From Eledone cirrhosa (lineage: Eukaryota), in NCBI GenBank assembly GCA_964016885.1, contig OZ024745.1:28830001-28894000 (forward strand): a stretch of 64,000 nt of DNA. The letters run 5' to 3'. Every line of letters starts with the position of its first letter. The stretch's first letter is position 1. The notes beneath the pieces are model-generated. The model did not search any database, had not been told where the DNA came from, and saw nothing but the letters and a program-made list of their open reading frames with translations. Made by a program: the position numbers and the translations under genes. Below are positions 13,609 to 26,800 of this stretch, one piece after another.

Positions 13609-13885
13609 CATCCAGGCTGAAACAAATGAGATCGTGTAGGTGTCACGACAAAAAAACACACAGTCCACGCTGTAATGTGGCCGTGTAGGCAGCACGGTAA
13701 AAACCTCCCAGACCCACACTGTAAATGTGGTTGGTGTTAGGAAGGGCATCCAACTGTAGAAAACCTGCCAGACAGTCCTATGCGAGCAAGACAATCACTC
13801 TTGCCTCAAGTGGGACTACCCCCGTCCAAACCCATGCAAGCGTGGAACACGGACGTTAAACGTTGATGATGATGATGATGATGAT
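13609..13885 (+). mobile_element. Short 3'-end copy of the RTE at 33.8 kb, just downstream of the INTS5 stop
   Basis: Near-identical to 35569-35850, including ggacgttaaacg(atg)n tail. Confidence 0.85.
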
Positions 13886-14059
13886 ACATATAAACACATA
13901 CACACACATATATAAACACAGACGCTAAAATAAAAATAAGAACAGGGTTGATGGGGTGAGGGGCGGGCAGAAACCATCATTAACCATCGAAAATCGCTGA
14001 CAGAGGCTCCAACAGATGGAACTAGAATAAAGATCACCACATCATCATGTGTCTGCATT

Positions 14060-14217
14060 TTACTTGTCTACAATCATATTTTCTGGTGTTGTCGCAGTAG
14101 GTGAAGAATCAGTGAAGTCAATGGAATCGCTGAAAAAACGTTTGTACATGGAACCTGTCTGAGCAATATTGGCATGAAGAACAGATCTGATTACTGTGGA
14201 GAACTTGCTGTCACACA
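14060..14217 (-). CDS. INTS5: INTS5 exon 22, terminal ([17 protein letters not shown]...NMIVDK*)
   Basis: ttctctgtttcag acceptor; TAA stop at 14060-14062. Confidence 0.88.
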
Positions 14218-14779
14218 CTGAAACAGAGAAAGAGAAGAACATGTTAAGATCAGTGGGTCACAAAGTTATTGTGTTACACAACTTGTTGTCACACACTAAC
14301 TAGATAGATAGTACAAAGTCAGTCATTGAAATTTAGTGGCTATATGTTTGATAATGATTAAAGAAAAAAAATGGAAGAAAATTATTGTAATTAATTTAAA
14401 TGAATGTAAAATGAAATATGGCAATGGCCAGTGTGATACGAGAGAGGAGGTCCAGGAAAACTTGACAATTACATAGAATGTGCAATTAAGGAATTATTAA
14501 ATAGAATTATTTTTTTTACTATAAACCCCATCATTTTTTATGGGTACAATGTTAGTGTATATATATATATATATATGTGTGACACAACAAAAAGTACCCA
14601 GCACACACTGCAAATGTGGTTGGCATTAGGAAGGGCACCTAGCTGTAGAAACCAAGCCAAAAACTGCCCCGGGTGAGCTAAACATGGTCCTCTGATCTGA
14701 TTTGCTCCCTAAGGGTCAACCTGTCCTACCCATGCTAGTGTGGAAGATGGACGTTAAATGATGATGATATATATATATT

Positions 14780-14837
<58 letters not shown>

Positions 14838-17800
14838 GTTGGTACCACAAAAGATCCCGCCCACAATGTAAAGTGGTCGTGTAAAAGACACGACAAAAAG
14901 CATCCAGCACACACTGTTAGGAAGGGCATCTAGCCATAGAAAATCAGCCAGAAACAGTCCTATATGAGCGATACACGGTCACCAGACCCAACTTGTCTCT
15001 AAATGGGACAAACCTGTTTAACCCATGCTAGCATGGAAGATAGACGTTAAACGATGATGATGATGATATATATATAAAATAAACAATTTACCTTTTTTCT
15101 GATGGTCAAGGTTATTAACTGGGGGATTCTCCTGATGAAGAAAGAATTACATTTAGATAATAGCAAACATACATGATAAAGGTTCAAAATTAGCTAAGGT
15201 TAAAAATGTAGCAGTTGGTTCTATAGTGTAGACATGTAGTGTGTGTGTAGGATCACATGATGCAGATATATAGTGACTGGTGTAGATATATTATTCCCAT
15301 TTTTTTGCTCACCCCAAGCAAGGCAATAAAACCACTAAAATGCAAGGAGTTACTGAGAAGGGAGGAGAAGACAGAGAAAACAAGTCAAGGAGAGAGAAGA
15401 TGACAATTGATGTTACTCTTAAATTTTTGCAATTTGTTGTGGTCAGGAAAGCAAAAAGCTGAAAAAAAATTCCATAAGTGAGATGTATGAAGAAAGAAAC
15501 TATCAGAATAGAATTTGTGATAACATTTAGGAACATCAACTGTAAATATAAATGGATGAAATCTAGCTGCCAATCTGGTACTCCGTTTGGACACTTACTA
15601 TATCTACAAGAGCAAACTGATCTGTTCTTCTTAGACAGATAACACCAGACTGGCCTGTCCCTGTCATATATAGATAACACAAGACTAGCCTGTTCCTGTC
15701 TTACATATAATACTACACTGGCCTGTTCCTGTCTTACATATAACACCAGACTGGTCTGTTCCCCTCATACATCTAACACCAGACTGGTCTGTTCCCCTCA
15801 TACATCTAACACTAGACTGGCCTGTGTCTGCCATACAGATAACACCAGACTGGCCAGTTACCTAGAGAGAGTGGGTGTCAAGTGTTTTAACTGTTACATT
15901 ACAACTCTTGCTAGGAGAGTGGAATACAAGGGAGATAACTGCTGGTCTAAATCTGAGAAATTAACTGATGATGACAATAATGGTGGTGGTTGTGGTGAAG
16001 ATGATGATAATAATGGTGGTGGTGGAGACGATTGTGAGGCGGATGTGTTTAGACTGCTAACAAAAAGTTTTCAACTAATCACCACCATCACCACCAACAA
16101 TATATCCTACAACCCCCACCAACACACAAGAAATACAATTGAGAGAGAGAAGTACTAACCTTCATATATCTCCAGACAGTCTGTAGAAGTAAGTAAAGTT
16201 GATAAGACTTCACCAATGGCATTAATTCACCGATGTAACACAGTGGACTGGACAGCAGGTTACTCTGCAAATGGACACATGACACGTCATCATTATCATA
16301 ATCAACTGTTTAACATCCACTTTTCCCTGCTAGCATGGATTAGACGTGGTTGGATGCCCTTCCTAACGCCAACCACATTTACAGTGTGAACTGGGTGCTT
16401 TTTGTGTATATTATACACCACCTCATTTGTTCAGTAGAGTGGAGAGAATACTTTGCTGATCTACTAAACCTAATTAAAACAGTATCTTCTGATGTACACA
16501 AGGTGCATTTATGAGCAATGACTAACTGCTCACAGGCTGAGGTCACAAGAGCAATTAATTAAAGAGCTGAAATGTAGCAAGGCCATTGGAGAGGATGAAA
16601 TTTGGCCCAAGATGTTAAAAGCCTTAAATAGAGAAAGTATTCTCAGGCTGACTCCTGTGTGCCAAGTGGCCTAAGGCAATTGAGAGTGATAATCCCAATT
16701 ATTTAAAAAGAAAGATTGATCGAATTATAGAGGGATCTCCTTGTTAAGCCTCCTTTGTAAAGCCTATGCTAAAAGTTTGGCAAAAAGATGTAGTTGAGTG
16801 CAAGCTAGCTCATGAATAGAGTAGTTTTCATCCCAGAAGCAGCACAGCCGACCAAATATTTACACTTTGAAAAATGTGGGAGTATTGCCAAAAGGTGTAG
16901 GTTTGTTTTGTAGACCTTCAAAAGGCATATGACCATATTTCATGAAACCTGTTGTGAAAGGTTCTGTAGGAGTATGGAATCGATGGACAGCTTCTTGTTG
17001 CCCTGGTATCTTTATATGAATGCCCTAGTATTTGTATTCATTTAAATGGTGCTAAGTCAAAACTAATCAATGTAGATGTTGGACTCTGTCAAGGGTGCAT
17101 ACTTTCCAGTACATAATCTCCATGGACAGGATTGACATGTGCAGCCGGTTTGGAAATGGTATTGTGATTGCCTAGTGCAGGAACAGTTTACTGGCACTTG
17201 CAGACAACATGGGACTACTTAACTCATCAGAAGTCATCTTCGACATGCATTTGATAGATTTGATGCCGAGTGCTGCACAACAGGAATGAAAATCAGTGTT
17301 GCAAAGACCGAGACACCCGTCCTCTGAAGGAAGCCTACACAGTGCACTCTACACGTGAATGGAGTTCCACTGAATCAGGTGAAGAAGTTCAAGTATCTCA
17401 GGGCATTGATCACAAGTGATAGAAGGCATGAGTCTGAATTAAGTGCAAGAATTGCAGGAGCTGTTACAGGAATGCACCAACTTCAGCATTCAGTCAACAA
17501 CAGAAGGGAGGTAGGTGTAAAGGCCAAACCCACTATCTTCAATTCGGTATTTGTGCCAACCCTTACCTATGGTCATGAATCTTGGGTAATGTCCGAAAGA
17601 AAATGACCATGAATACAAATCGAGTTCCTCCGAAGGGTCTTTGAACTAACATTGCTCGATAAAGGGCATAGCTCTGAGATCAGTGAGTTGCTTCAAGTAC
17701 AGCTACTACTTCTCGTAATTGAGAGATCACAATGTGCTTAGAATGTTTTAAGAGAGAATTGCTGAACAGATTTTATGGAAAAAACCAACTGGCTATTGGT

Positions 17801-20800
17801 CTACCTCAGGGTCTCCTGATGTAAAAAGCAATCATACTGTATCATTGTTCGCATAAGATAACAATGGGCACGTGCAGGGTTTAGGTAGAGGGGCCAGTTT
17901 GAAAGTTATCTTGCAGCCTCCATCCAATGTTGTAAAAGCTGGCAATGGGCTCGCAACCTGTCCTGGTGTGTGTAGGATAGACACACAATGGTTGCATATC
18001 CCATGACCTCAAATAGGGTCTAGAAGGGAGCACACCTTAATTAGTTTCACCTACCTTTCTCAGATAATTAATAACTTTACAGAGACAGGTGTTCCACCTG
18101 TAATGACTTACCTTTCTCATGTAATTAATAACTTTACATGCTGCATGAAGGTACTTGGGTGAATTACAGGCATTCTTGGTCCGACAGTTCTCATAGAAAT
18201 TCATAAGGGTGGCCACTAAAGATCGGAGTAATGGTGAACAGTAGAATAACACTGAGCTACCTATGATAGAAATGAAAGTTGCTTTAGTGAGGGATAGTTA
18301 CTGAGGATTGGAGGGATAGTGAACAGTAGAACAAGAGTGGGCAATACTTGGTCTATCAGATTAATTTGTCAACTTGGAAAAGGTCTTTCACAGGATCCCA
18401 CATTCAGTAATTTGGTAGTCACTTAGGAAGCTAGGGATAGAATAATGGCTTGGGAGAGCTGTACAGGCCATGCATAGAGGTGCCACCAGCAAGGTAAGTA
18501 TTAGTAATGAGTAAAGTGATAAGTTTTAATGTGCAGGTGAAAATCCACTAAGGCTCAGTCCTCAGCCCTCTCCTGTTTATTATAGCCTTCCAGGCCAAAA
18601 CAGAGGAATTTAAGACTGCCCACCGCAGACTCCTATATTCTGATGATCTATCACTTTTAGTAGAAATTGTAGAAGAACTAGATCAGAAGTTACAGACATG
18701 GAATTAAAGGACCTCAAAATGAACCTAGAAAAGGTTAAAGTTTTAGTAAATATAGAAGAGAAGACTCTGCTACCACCAGGGAAATGGTCAAGCTCATTAC
18801 GTAGAAAAGGAGCAGGTAGGAATTCCATACATTGTACTTAATAAGTGATAGGTACAATTGGTGAGTGACAAGTTCCACTTAGCTGACTTGGGTACAATTT
18901 GGTGAGTGATAGGTCCCACCCATTTGAGGTGGGTACAATTTGGTGAGTGAGAGGTCCCACTCAGTTGACATAGGTGCAATTTGGTGAGTGATAGGTTCCA
19001 CTCATTTGAGATGGGTACAATTTGCTGAGTGAAAAACCCACTCAGTTTAAATAGGTACAATTTGGTGAGTGATAGGTTTTACTCAGCTGTAACTAACCCC
19101 AGGACAAAGTCCCACACAACTGGATGCACCCCCAACCCCAGTCAATATTGCTGTTTATTAATGACTCACTGCCTTATCTTTTCAAAATAGAGATTGATAG
19201 AATTAGTACAAGACTTTAAAAAATAAGCACTGGTGTCAATATAATCAACTATAGCCTATCATGGCAGTGGGTGCACCAGCATGGCCACAGTCCCAATGAC
19301 TGAAACATACAAAAGAATAAAAGACATATATAAATACTGTTCCAACTTACTGTGTGCAAAGTTATCGAGAATGTCCCAGAGAATTGGGTTGTCTTCAAAT
19401 TTCCTCCAAACCCACAAATCTCTGAAATATACAGAAACATGTTTTAACTTAGTGGAAAGTCATTTGACCAAGGTTTAAATATTCCTGACAATATTTCTAA
19501 TGAAAGACACTGCCTATGATTTTCAAATCATTTTGACAATAACTAAGAATTTGGAGAGGTTTAGTAAATAGTAAGAAACTCTCAGGAGAGCTGGACAGAG
19601 GCAAGTCTTCAAAGAAGAAACCTTTCGCAAGCAAGTGTTTCAGCCCTTAACTTCTAAGACACTGCTTATGATTTTCAAATCATTTGGAAAATAATTAAGA
19701 ATTTGAAAAGGTTTAGCAATATAACTAACTTTCTTAATATTAAATTGGTGTTTGGAACCTAACAAAGGATCATCATTAACATTGAATTTCTTTTCTCTGG
19801 TTGCAAGGGTTGGACAGATCATCATAGACCAAGTCAGTACTCTGACCTCTCACCAACCACTTTACAGAGGGTACTGGTTTTTAGATAAACATAAGCATTT
19901 AAAATTCTTAGAAGATGTAGGAATCCTCAAATACAGAAAATAACCGTAACCACAGTCAATTGCTATAAACAATAGTCTAGAAAATCAGGTAAAGTACTCC
20001 TATAGATGGAAGAAAATGGCCACTGATTTTCTAAGCTATTGTTTATAGCAACTGACTGTGGCTACAGTTATTTTCTATATTTGGGATTCTTACAGCTTTT
20101 AAGAATTTCAAATCTAACCAAATGCTTTGATATTTCATATTTACAATGTTGTTTACATGTAAGCATTTTGAAACAAACAATTTTTGTATCATAGAACCAG
20201 GGAAGGTTTCAGGTGGTTTGATGTCAGAATGGTTAGCAATCATCATTTGGCTCTGGAGAGTTTTTAGTGGTCTCTCCCATCTGTTGCAAGGGCTCCTGTC
20301 TGAGAATATCTCCCTCCCAGCAGCCTCGGATTTTCTGAAAAGGGTCATAAACACTGCTTTTAGCTTCTTTGCTAAAAACTAAAATCAGTCTCAAGCTCTG
20401 AGACTCTAGGCTGGAGCTTATCCCATTTTCATTGACATTAAGTAACTGAAAGTACATGATAGTTTGTTGTAAGCTCAGAACCCCATCTCCAGCTGCTGTC
20501 AGTAATCATTTTGTCAGTCTGGGGTGGGGTGGAATTCATGATCTTATCAAACGCTCAACCCCCTAACCATTTAGCCAGATGCCTCCCTCACTTAACAGTA
20601 AAAAAAAAGCCAAGACAGGGTTTTATTTATATGTTCTAACAGTAAAAAGATGAAAAACAAAACTACTGACCTTTCAACAGTGACTTTGATGAATTGTTCA
20701 TCAGGCCAAGCTGGGCCATTGTAAAGCATGTCAGGGGTGAGCTGGGCAACAAGTATTGAAGCAATCTGTCGTGACAAACTGGAAGATATTCCGTCCACAC

Positions 20801-23800
20801 CAGTTAATGGCATTGTGTTCTGTTTCTGACGAGTATCTGACAAGGTAGGAACACGTCTGTAACTACATGTCCACAATACATCAAGTAAGCTCTGACGATT
20901 ACGTGAGATCTGTTCCTGCGAGGTATGGAGAGGAGAGAGATTGGTGATGGTGGTAATGTTGGTAGTGATAATGTTGTTGATGGTTGTGGTGGTGGTAATA
21001 GTGATTGTGATGTTACTGGTAGTTGTGGTGGCATAAGCAGAAGGGATAGAGGTGATAGTAATGCAGCAATAGTACTGGTGTTAGTTGTCACAGTTTATAT
21101 ATACATTAGATACACTTTTCAGTGCCACAACGAATTGCACCCAATCCACTCTGTAAGGTGGAGTCACAATAAATTGCTCCCAATACACATTGTAAAGTGG
21201 TTGGTGTCAGGAAGAGCATTTAGCCATAGAAACCATGCTCCCAGTGCTTGGTGTTAAGAAAAGGCACCCAATTGTATAAACCATACTCTCTGTACACACT
21301 GTAATTGAGTTGGCAGGTAATCCAGTCATAGAAACCAAGCCAAAATGAAGTATATAAGCAGGACATAATCACTTAATCTGTCAGGCCACATGACAGCAGC
21401 ACTCTAACCCATGCAAGCATGGAAAATAGACATTATTAAATGATGATGATGATGATGATGATGATACCATGAAAACACTATATATATAATGTAGTCCAAG
21501 GGAAAGGCCAAGGCTACTACATCTTGGCTTGAGTGTCCATCACACCACAGTTTTGCCAGTTTAGTGGAATGGAGCAACATGAAATAAAGTGTCTTTCTCA
21601 AGGACACAACATACCACCTAGTCTGGGAATGGAAGTCACAACTTTATGATCCACCACCCTCACCACTAAGCCATGTTCCTTCACCACTGACTTAACAACA
21701 ATGACAACAATAACAACAACAATAGCAATGATTTACCTCTGACAAAGGTGGTTGAAAAGGTTTTGGTTTCAAACCGCATCCAATGATTCCAGCGTGGCTA
21801 ACCCGTGAGTATGATCGAGGTAGAGGGAGGGACATGCCCATCTTCTGGTTCTCTTCCAACAGTGCTACACCATTGTTGAAGTCTTGCTTCCAGTCCAGAG
21901 AAGGTTCCAGCTTTGAGCCAAATAATGCTGCATTCTCCTGAAATATCCATAAATAATGGTTATTGTGGCGGTGGTTATTGTTACTGTGGTAGTGAAAGAG
22001 AGGGAGAGATAGATAGGTGGTAGTGGAAGGGAGAGATAGATAGGAAAAAGGCAAGGAAATGAAATCACATCAACAAAACATTCTTGAAATGTACAAAACA
22101 GCACTATGACTAAATCACATTAAATATTAAAGACTTTAATTAACAGCAAATTTTCACAAAGATTTGTCCTCTAGAATAGATATTATAAACATTTGAATAA
22201 ACAAACCGCACGAAACCACATTAGCAAGACATTCTTGAAAAGTACAAAACAACACTATGACGACATCACATTAAAAATTAAAGTCTTCACTCTAATACTA
22301 CAAATTTTCATAATCTGTTGACAACAAAGGGTTTCTCCCTACAAACGAAAAGCCGGTTATATGATGCATGTGTGAGATACGCGATGTTGCATGGTAGTGA
22401 GACATGAGCAGCAATTGCAGAGGATTTGCAACGACTGGAGAGAAATGAAGCAAGCATAAATCATTACAGAATGATAAAAGTTAAGGACCAGAAATAGAAC
22501 TTACTGAAGCAAATGCCTCTTCAAGTAGGAATTGAACACACATACTTTGGGCAACACGGAGGTTACAAAAGATCTCATAGCAAGAATGGCACAGTCGGAT
22601 CAAGTGGAGGGACTTCATACCATCTGAAATATAATCAATGTTTTAATTAACCTTCTTGTTAACATATGTTTAATGAAAGAGAGTCATTTACTGGTTTCAG
22701 TCACTAGACTGTGGTCATGCTGGAACATTACCATAAAGAGATTTAGTTGATAGTATTAACCCCAATATTTATATTTTACAGCTATATGTTTTAGGGACTT
22801 TTAAGGCAGTGTTTTACAACTGAATGTTCTGCATGACACCAACTATTTTAGTCACTTGGTTTAGAATGGGTATATTCTATCCCTGGGTGTCACAAGAGGT
22901 TCTGAATGAGTTGGTGTCAGGAAGGATGCCTAGTAATTAAACACTGGCTCAATAAGGACCTTTGCTGAGTATATAAACCTGCTAAGGAACCTGTGAAGTT
23001 AACTAACCCCTGCTTTAGCAGAGAAAATGACCATAACCCTTTAGCATTTAAACCAGCCGTATCCAGCCAGAATTCTCTCACCTCTTTCTGTTCAAACCAG
23101 CAGTAACTGGCCACTTATACTGATGTTAAGGTATTGTTCTCAAAATAAATAATATCAAAATCTCATAGATTCGATATTATGTGAAATAATTCTGTGAGGT
23201 AAAGCCTTTACCATGAAAATATAATAGTATATATAGAGTAATGTAAATACTAAAGGGTTAAAATAGTCTTTGTTGTGTTGTTATTACAAAACTCAGATAC
23301 AGCATCATCATCATCATGGCACATTCGTTTTCTCTGATAGCAAGGGTTGGACAGGTTTTCACAGACTGATTCAGTACTGAAGAAGGGTTACTGTCATCCA
23401 GATAGGCCAGGTGTTCACATCTCACATATGGTCCCAACACTCTACCAAGTGTATTTTATCGTGGCCCAAGCACTAGAGTGGTTGTCATGTATTTGAAACA
23501 ACTATACCTATTTTAAAATTTGAGGAATACAGGAAAATATTGAGTAAAGTGTTTTTACCTGTGAAGTGGAGGATACGAAAGAAAAGTGAGGTGAGTATGG
23601 AGCAGGCCTTGATGAGCATTGCATTGGTGGAGGTTGGAGGGAGACCTATTGCAATAAGAAGTTTTAAACTCATGGCACATACAGCTAAATCAGGGTAGTT
23701 GAGGTGTTCCATGAAGGTTTCATAGTGGTGATGTATGTTAGACACAAGTTGGGACCTGGAGAAAATATAGACGTACATCATAAAACACATTAAGAAGAGT

Positions 23801-26800
23801 AAACATCCAGTTGACTTAAGAAGTATTGGGAAAATTGAAAATCTGAAATCTAGTCATCCCTACACAGATGATTATAATTGTTTCTACTTTTGGCACAAGG
23901 CCAGCAATTATCCCAGTGTATTACTGGTACTTTATTTTATCGACCCCGTAAGGATGAAAGGCAAAGTTAACTTCGGCGGGATTTGAACTCAGTCCGTAAA
24001 GGGACGTAACTGTGCTGCAAAGCATGGCGGCGTCCGACCCTCTACCAATAATGCCAATCCATGATTATAATAACAGTTAATTATATTTTTCTATCTTCAG
24101 GTGTGTAGCACTTAATTTATTTTTCAACTATAATTTATAGTGATTAACTATTATTATAATCATGTGCTGCAACAACTGAATTTTTAAATTTCATATTAAA
24201 AGAAAATTGAGGTAAGCAGGGAATGTGGCCATCTTTCTTTAGTTATAGATTGTGTTGTTATAGTGGTATGGATATAGGATAGTATGGAGATGTGATGGAA
24301 GCTACAGTAAAGGTAGTTGGAGATGGTATGGACATGTGATGGTAGCTACAATATACACACACACATATATATATATATATATGATATATATACATATATG
24401 ATACATATATACATATATAAATATATATACATGGAAAAAAAAGACGTTAAACGGTGATATTATATATATATATTTCTATATCTCCAGCTGGATGCCCTTC
24501 CATCCACCAACCACGTTATAGTGTGAACAGGGTACATTTTACTGTGGCACCAAAATGACCATCTAATAGGGTGGACTGGGTGTTTTTTGTTATGTCACCA
24601 GCATGATCACCTTACAGGGTGGACTGAGTGCTTTTTATTGTGTCACCAAAATTTAGGCATGTTTTGTGATGTGAAGACCAAAGATATGAGGGGCTCAGGA
24701 TTGCAAGGCAGTGTGTCAGGGAAAATTGTGATGATGTTACGGAAAAGTGTGTCCAAGATGATAATGGCACACTTGCCATCACAAATGCTGAAAAGAAAGA
24801 TTACTGAATGAGGAGAATGCATGGAAGGAAGATAGTCTACTCCAAGTAAGGGTCCAGCTCTATAAGTCAGCAACAGCATAGTAAGGCAATTAAGGATATG
24901 AAACAGGGCTGTTGGAGATAGTTGCCGACATGCTGAAACAGATGTAAAAAGGATAATGATGATGACGATTATATGATGTTACTTACCTACAGAGGGCAGC
25001 ACCTTGATGTGGTAAGTTATTCTCCCACTGAACTAGATGTAGTAGATTCCGTAGTAAGGTAAGCCTGTTAATATTCTGTTCATCCTGGGCCTGCAAGGAG
25101 TCTACAATATAGGACATTGTCCACTCAAGTATGTCCACATCCCCAATCTCAACTTCTTTCTGCATTTGGAGAAATTTAACAAGCTGTGGAGAGAACAGTA
25201 GTAGTAGTAGTGGTGGTGGTGGTGGTAGTAGTAGTAGTAGTAGTAATGACAGTAGAGGTAGTGTTGGTACTGATGAGAGCAGTGGTTGTGTTACTGGTGG
25301 TAGTAGTGGCATGGTTGTGTTGGTGGTAGTAGTGGCATGGTTGTGTTGGTGGTAGTAGTGGCATGGTTGTGTTGGTGGTAGTAGTGGCATGGTTGTGTTG
25401 GTGGTAGTAGTGGCATGGTTGTGTTGGGGGTGGTGAGAACAATGGTAGTTTACCTGTGATGGGTGCTTGGCCTCAACCAGGAGAACAGCAAGAGATTCAC
25501 AAGTCCCTTTAGAACATCCATACAGTGCTGTACATGTTAACAACCTCAAGTACCATTCACTCCTGAAATAGAGAGGAGGAGAGAAATAAGATTTAATTAG
25601 CTGGACAATGGTCAGTGATGTGATAGAGAAGTACTTCCAACATATTCAAGATCAACAATGCCTTTTATTTACTGTATCTTCTTGTGTATAACATGAAAAG
25701 TTTTGATCTAAAATCAAGACATAAAAAGGACGAGGGAGTTTTCTATAGAGTGCGTTGCTCAGAGATTACAGAGTTGCTCCAGGTAGAGCTGCTACATCTC
25801 TGAATTGAGAGATCATAGTTCCAATATTAGGGGCATGTTGTTAGAATGTCTCAGGAAAGAATAACTGAATGGATTTTATGGGTACAACCAACCAACAGAA
25901 GATCCTAGGGTAGACCCTGATTAACATCAAGAGCTTGGCTGGTCTCACTTGGGGATCCAGCTGGATCAATTGGAGACAATTGCTTCTGACAAGAGACCCA
26001 CTGGAAGGAGTGTTTGAAGACTCTTCCCCCAAGAAAAAGAGAAAAAGAAAAAAAGAATAAAGGAAGAAAAGTTTCATACACAAGTACACATTTTTACTGA
26101 GCTTGAAAATATATCAATATATACCTTTGTCCTGAACTGTTAAGGAAATCTCGTGCAAGGGCTGCTTGACATTTGGACAGGGAGTTCAAGAGAGGAACCT
26201 CCATAACTTTGTTCTCTTGTTTCAGGAAGACAACTTTTTGGAGTTCAGCACAGAGATGATTCTGCAAAATAACATCAATAATAATAGCAACAACAATAAT
26301 AATAGCAGTTAGCTTTTGGGGAGAAATAATCATCACTACCACCACCAACACACTACCACTAATATTTATATATAATGGCTAAGTGGTGTGTCTTGTTACT
26401 CTGGAGTTTCACCTGTGCACTCTGAGGAACATAAACAAGACTAACCACAATGATAGTAAAGAATATTTAAAGTTCTTTGGTATTGAGTACTCATTCTCAT
26501 GTCCATTAATATGACACAAATCGCCCACAATTATTATTATTAGTGTTATCCAACCCCAATTGGTTCCTCCATGTATTGCAGTCCTGAATTACATTCATCA
26601 AGACATTGCCATGTAGTCTTCAATGATTTTGTTAAAGGTCAGGTTCGGGTAACTGCATCTACAAGTGACATTGGGGGACTATAACATAACTCTCACAGCA
26701 GCTCACTATGTCTCATTACATGTCCAGCAAGAGCTAGACAACACTTTCTCATGACAGTTGAAATCTTCGGAAGATGGCCATATAAGATCTTGTTAGTTGT

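Noticed and set aside
19990-20590. Overlapping ORFs in INTS5 intron 17
   Set aside because: No recognisable motif; exons 17 and 18 join seamlessly (VTVER-DL).
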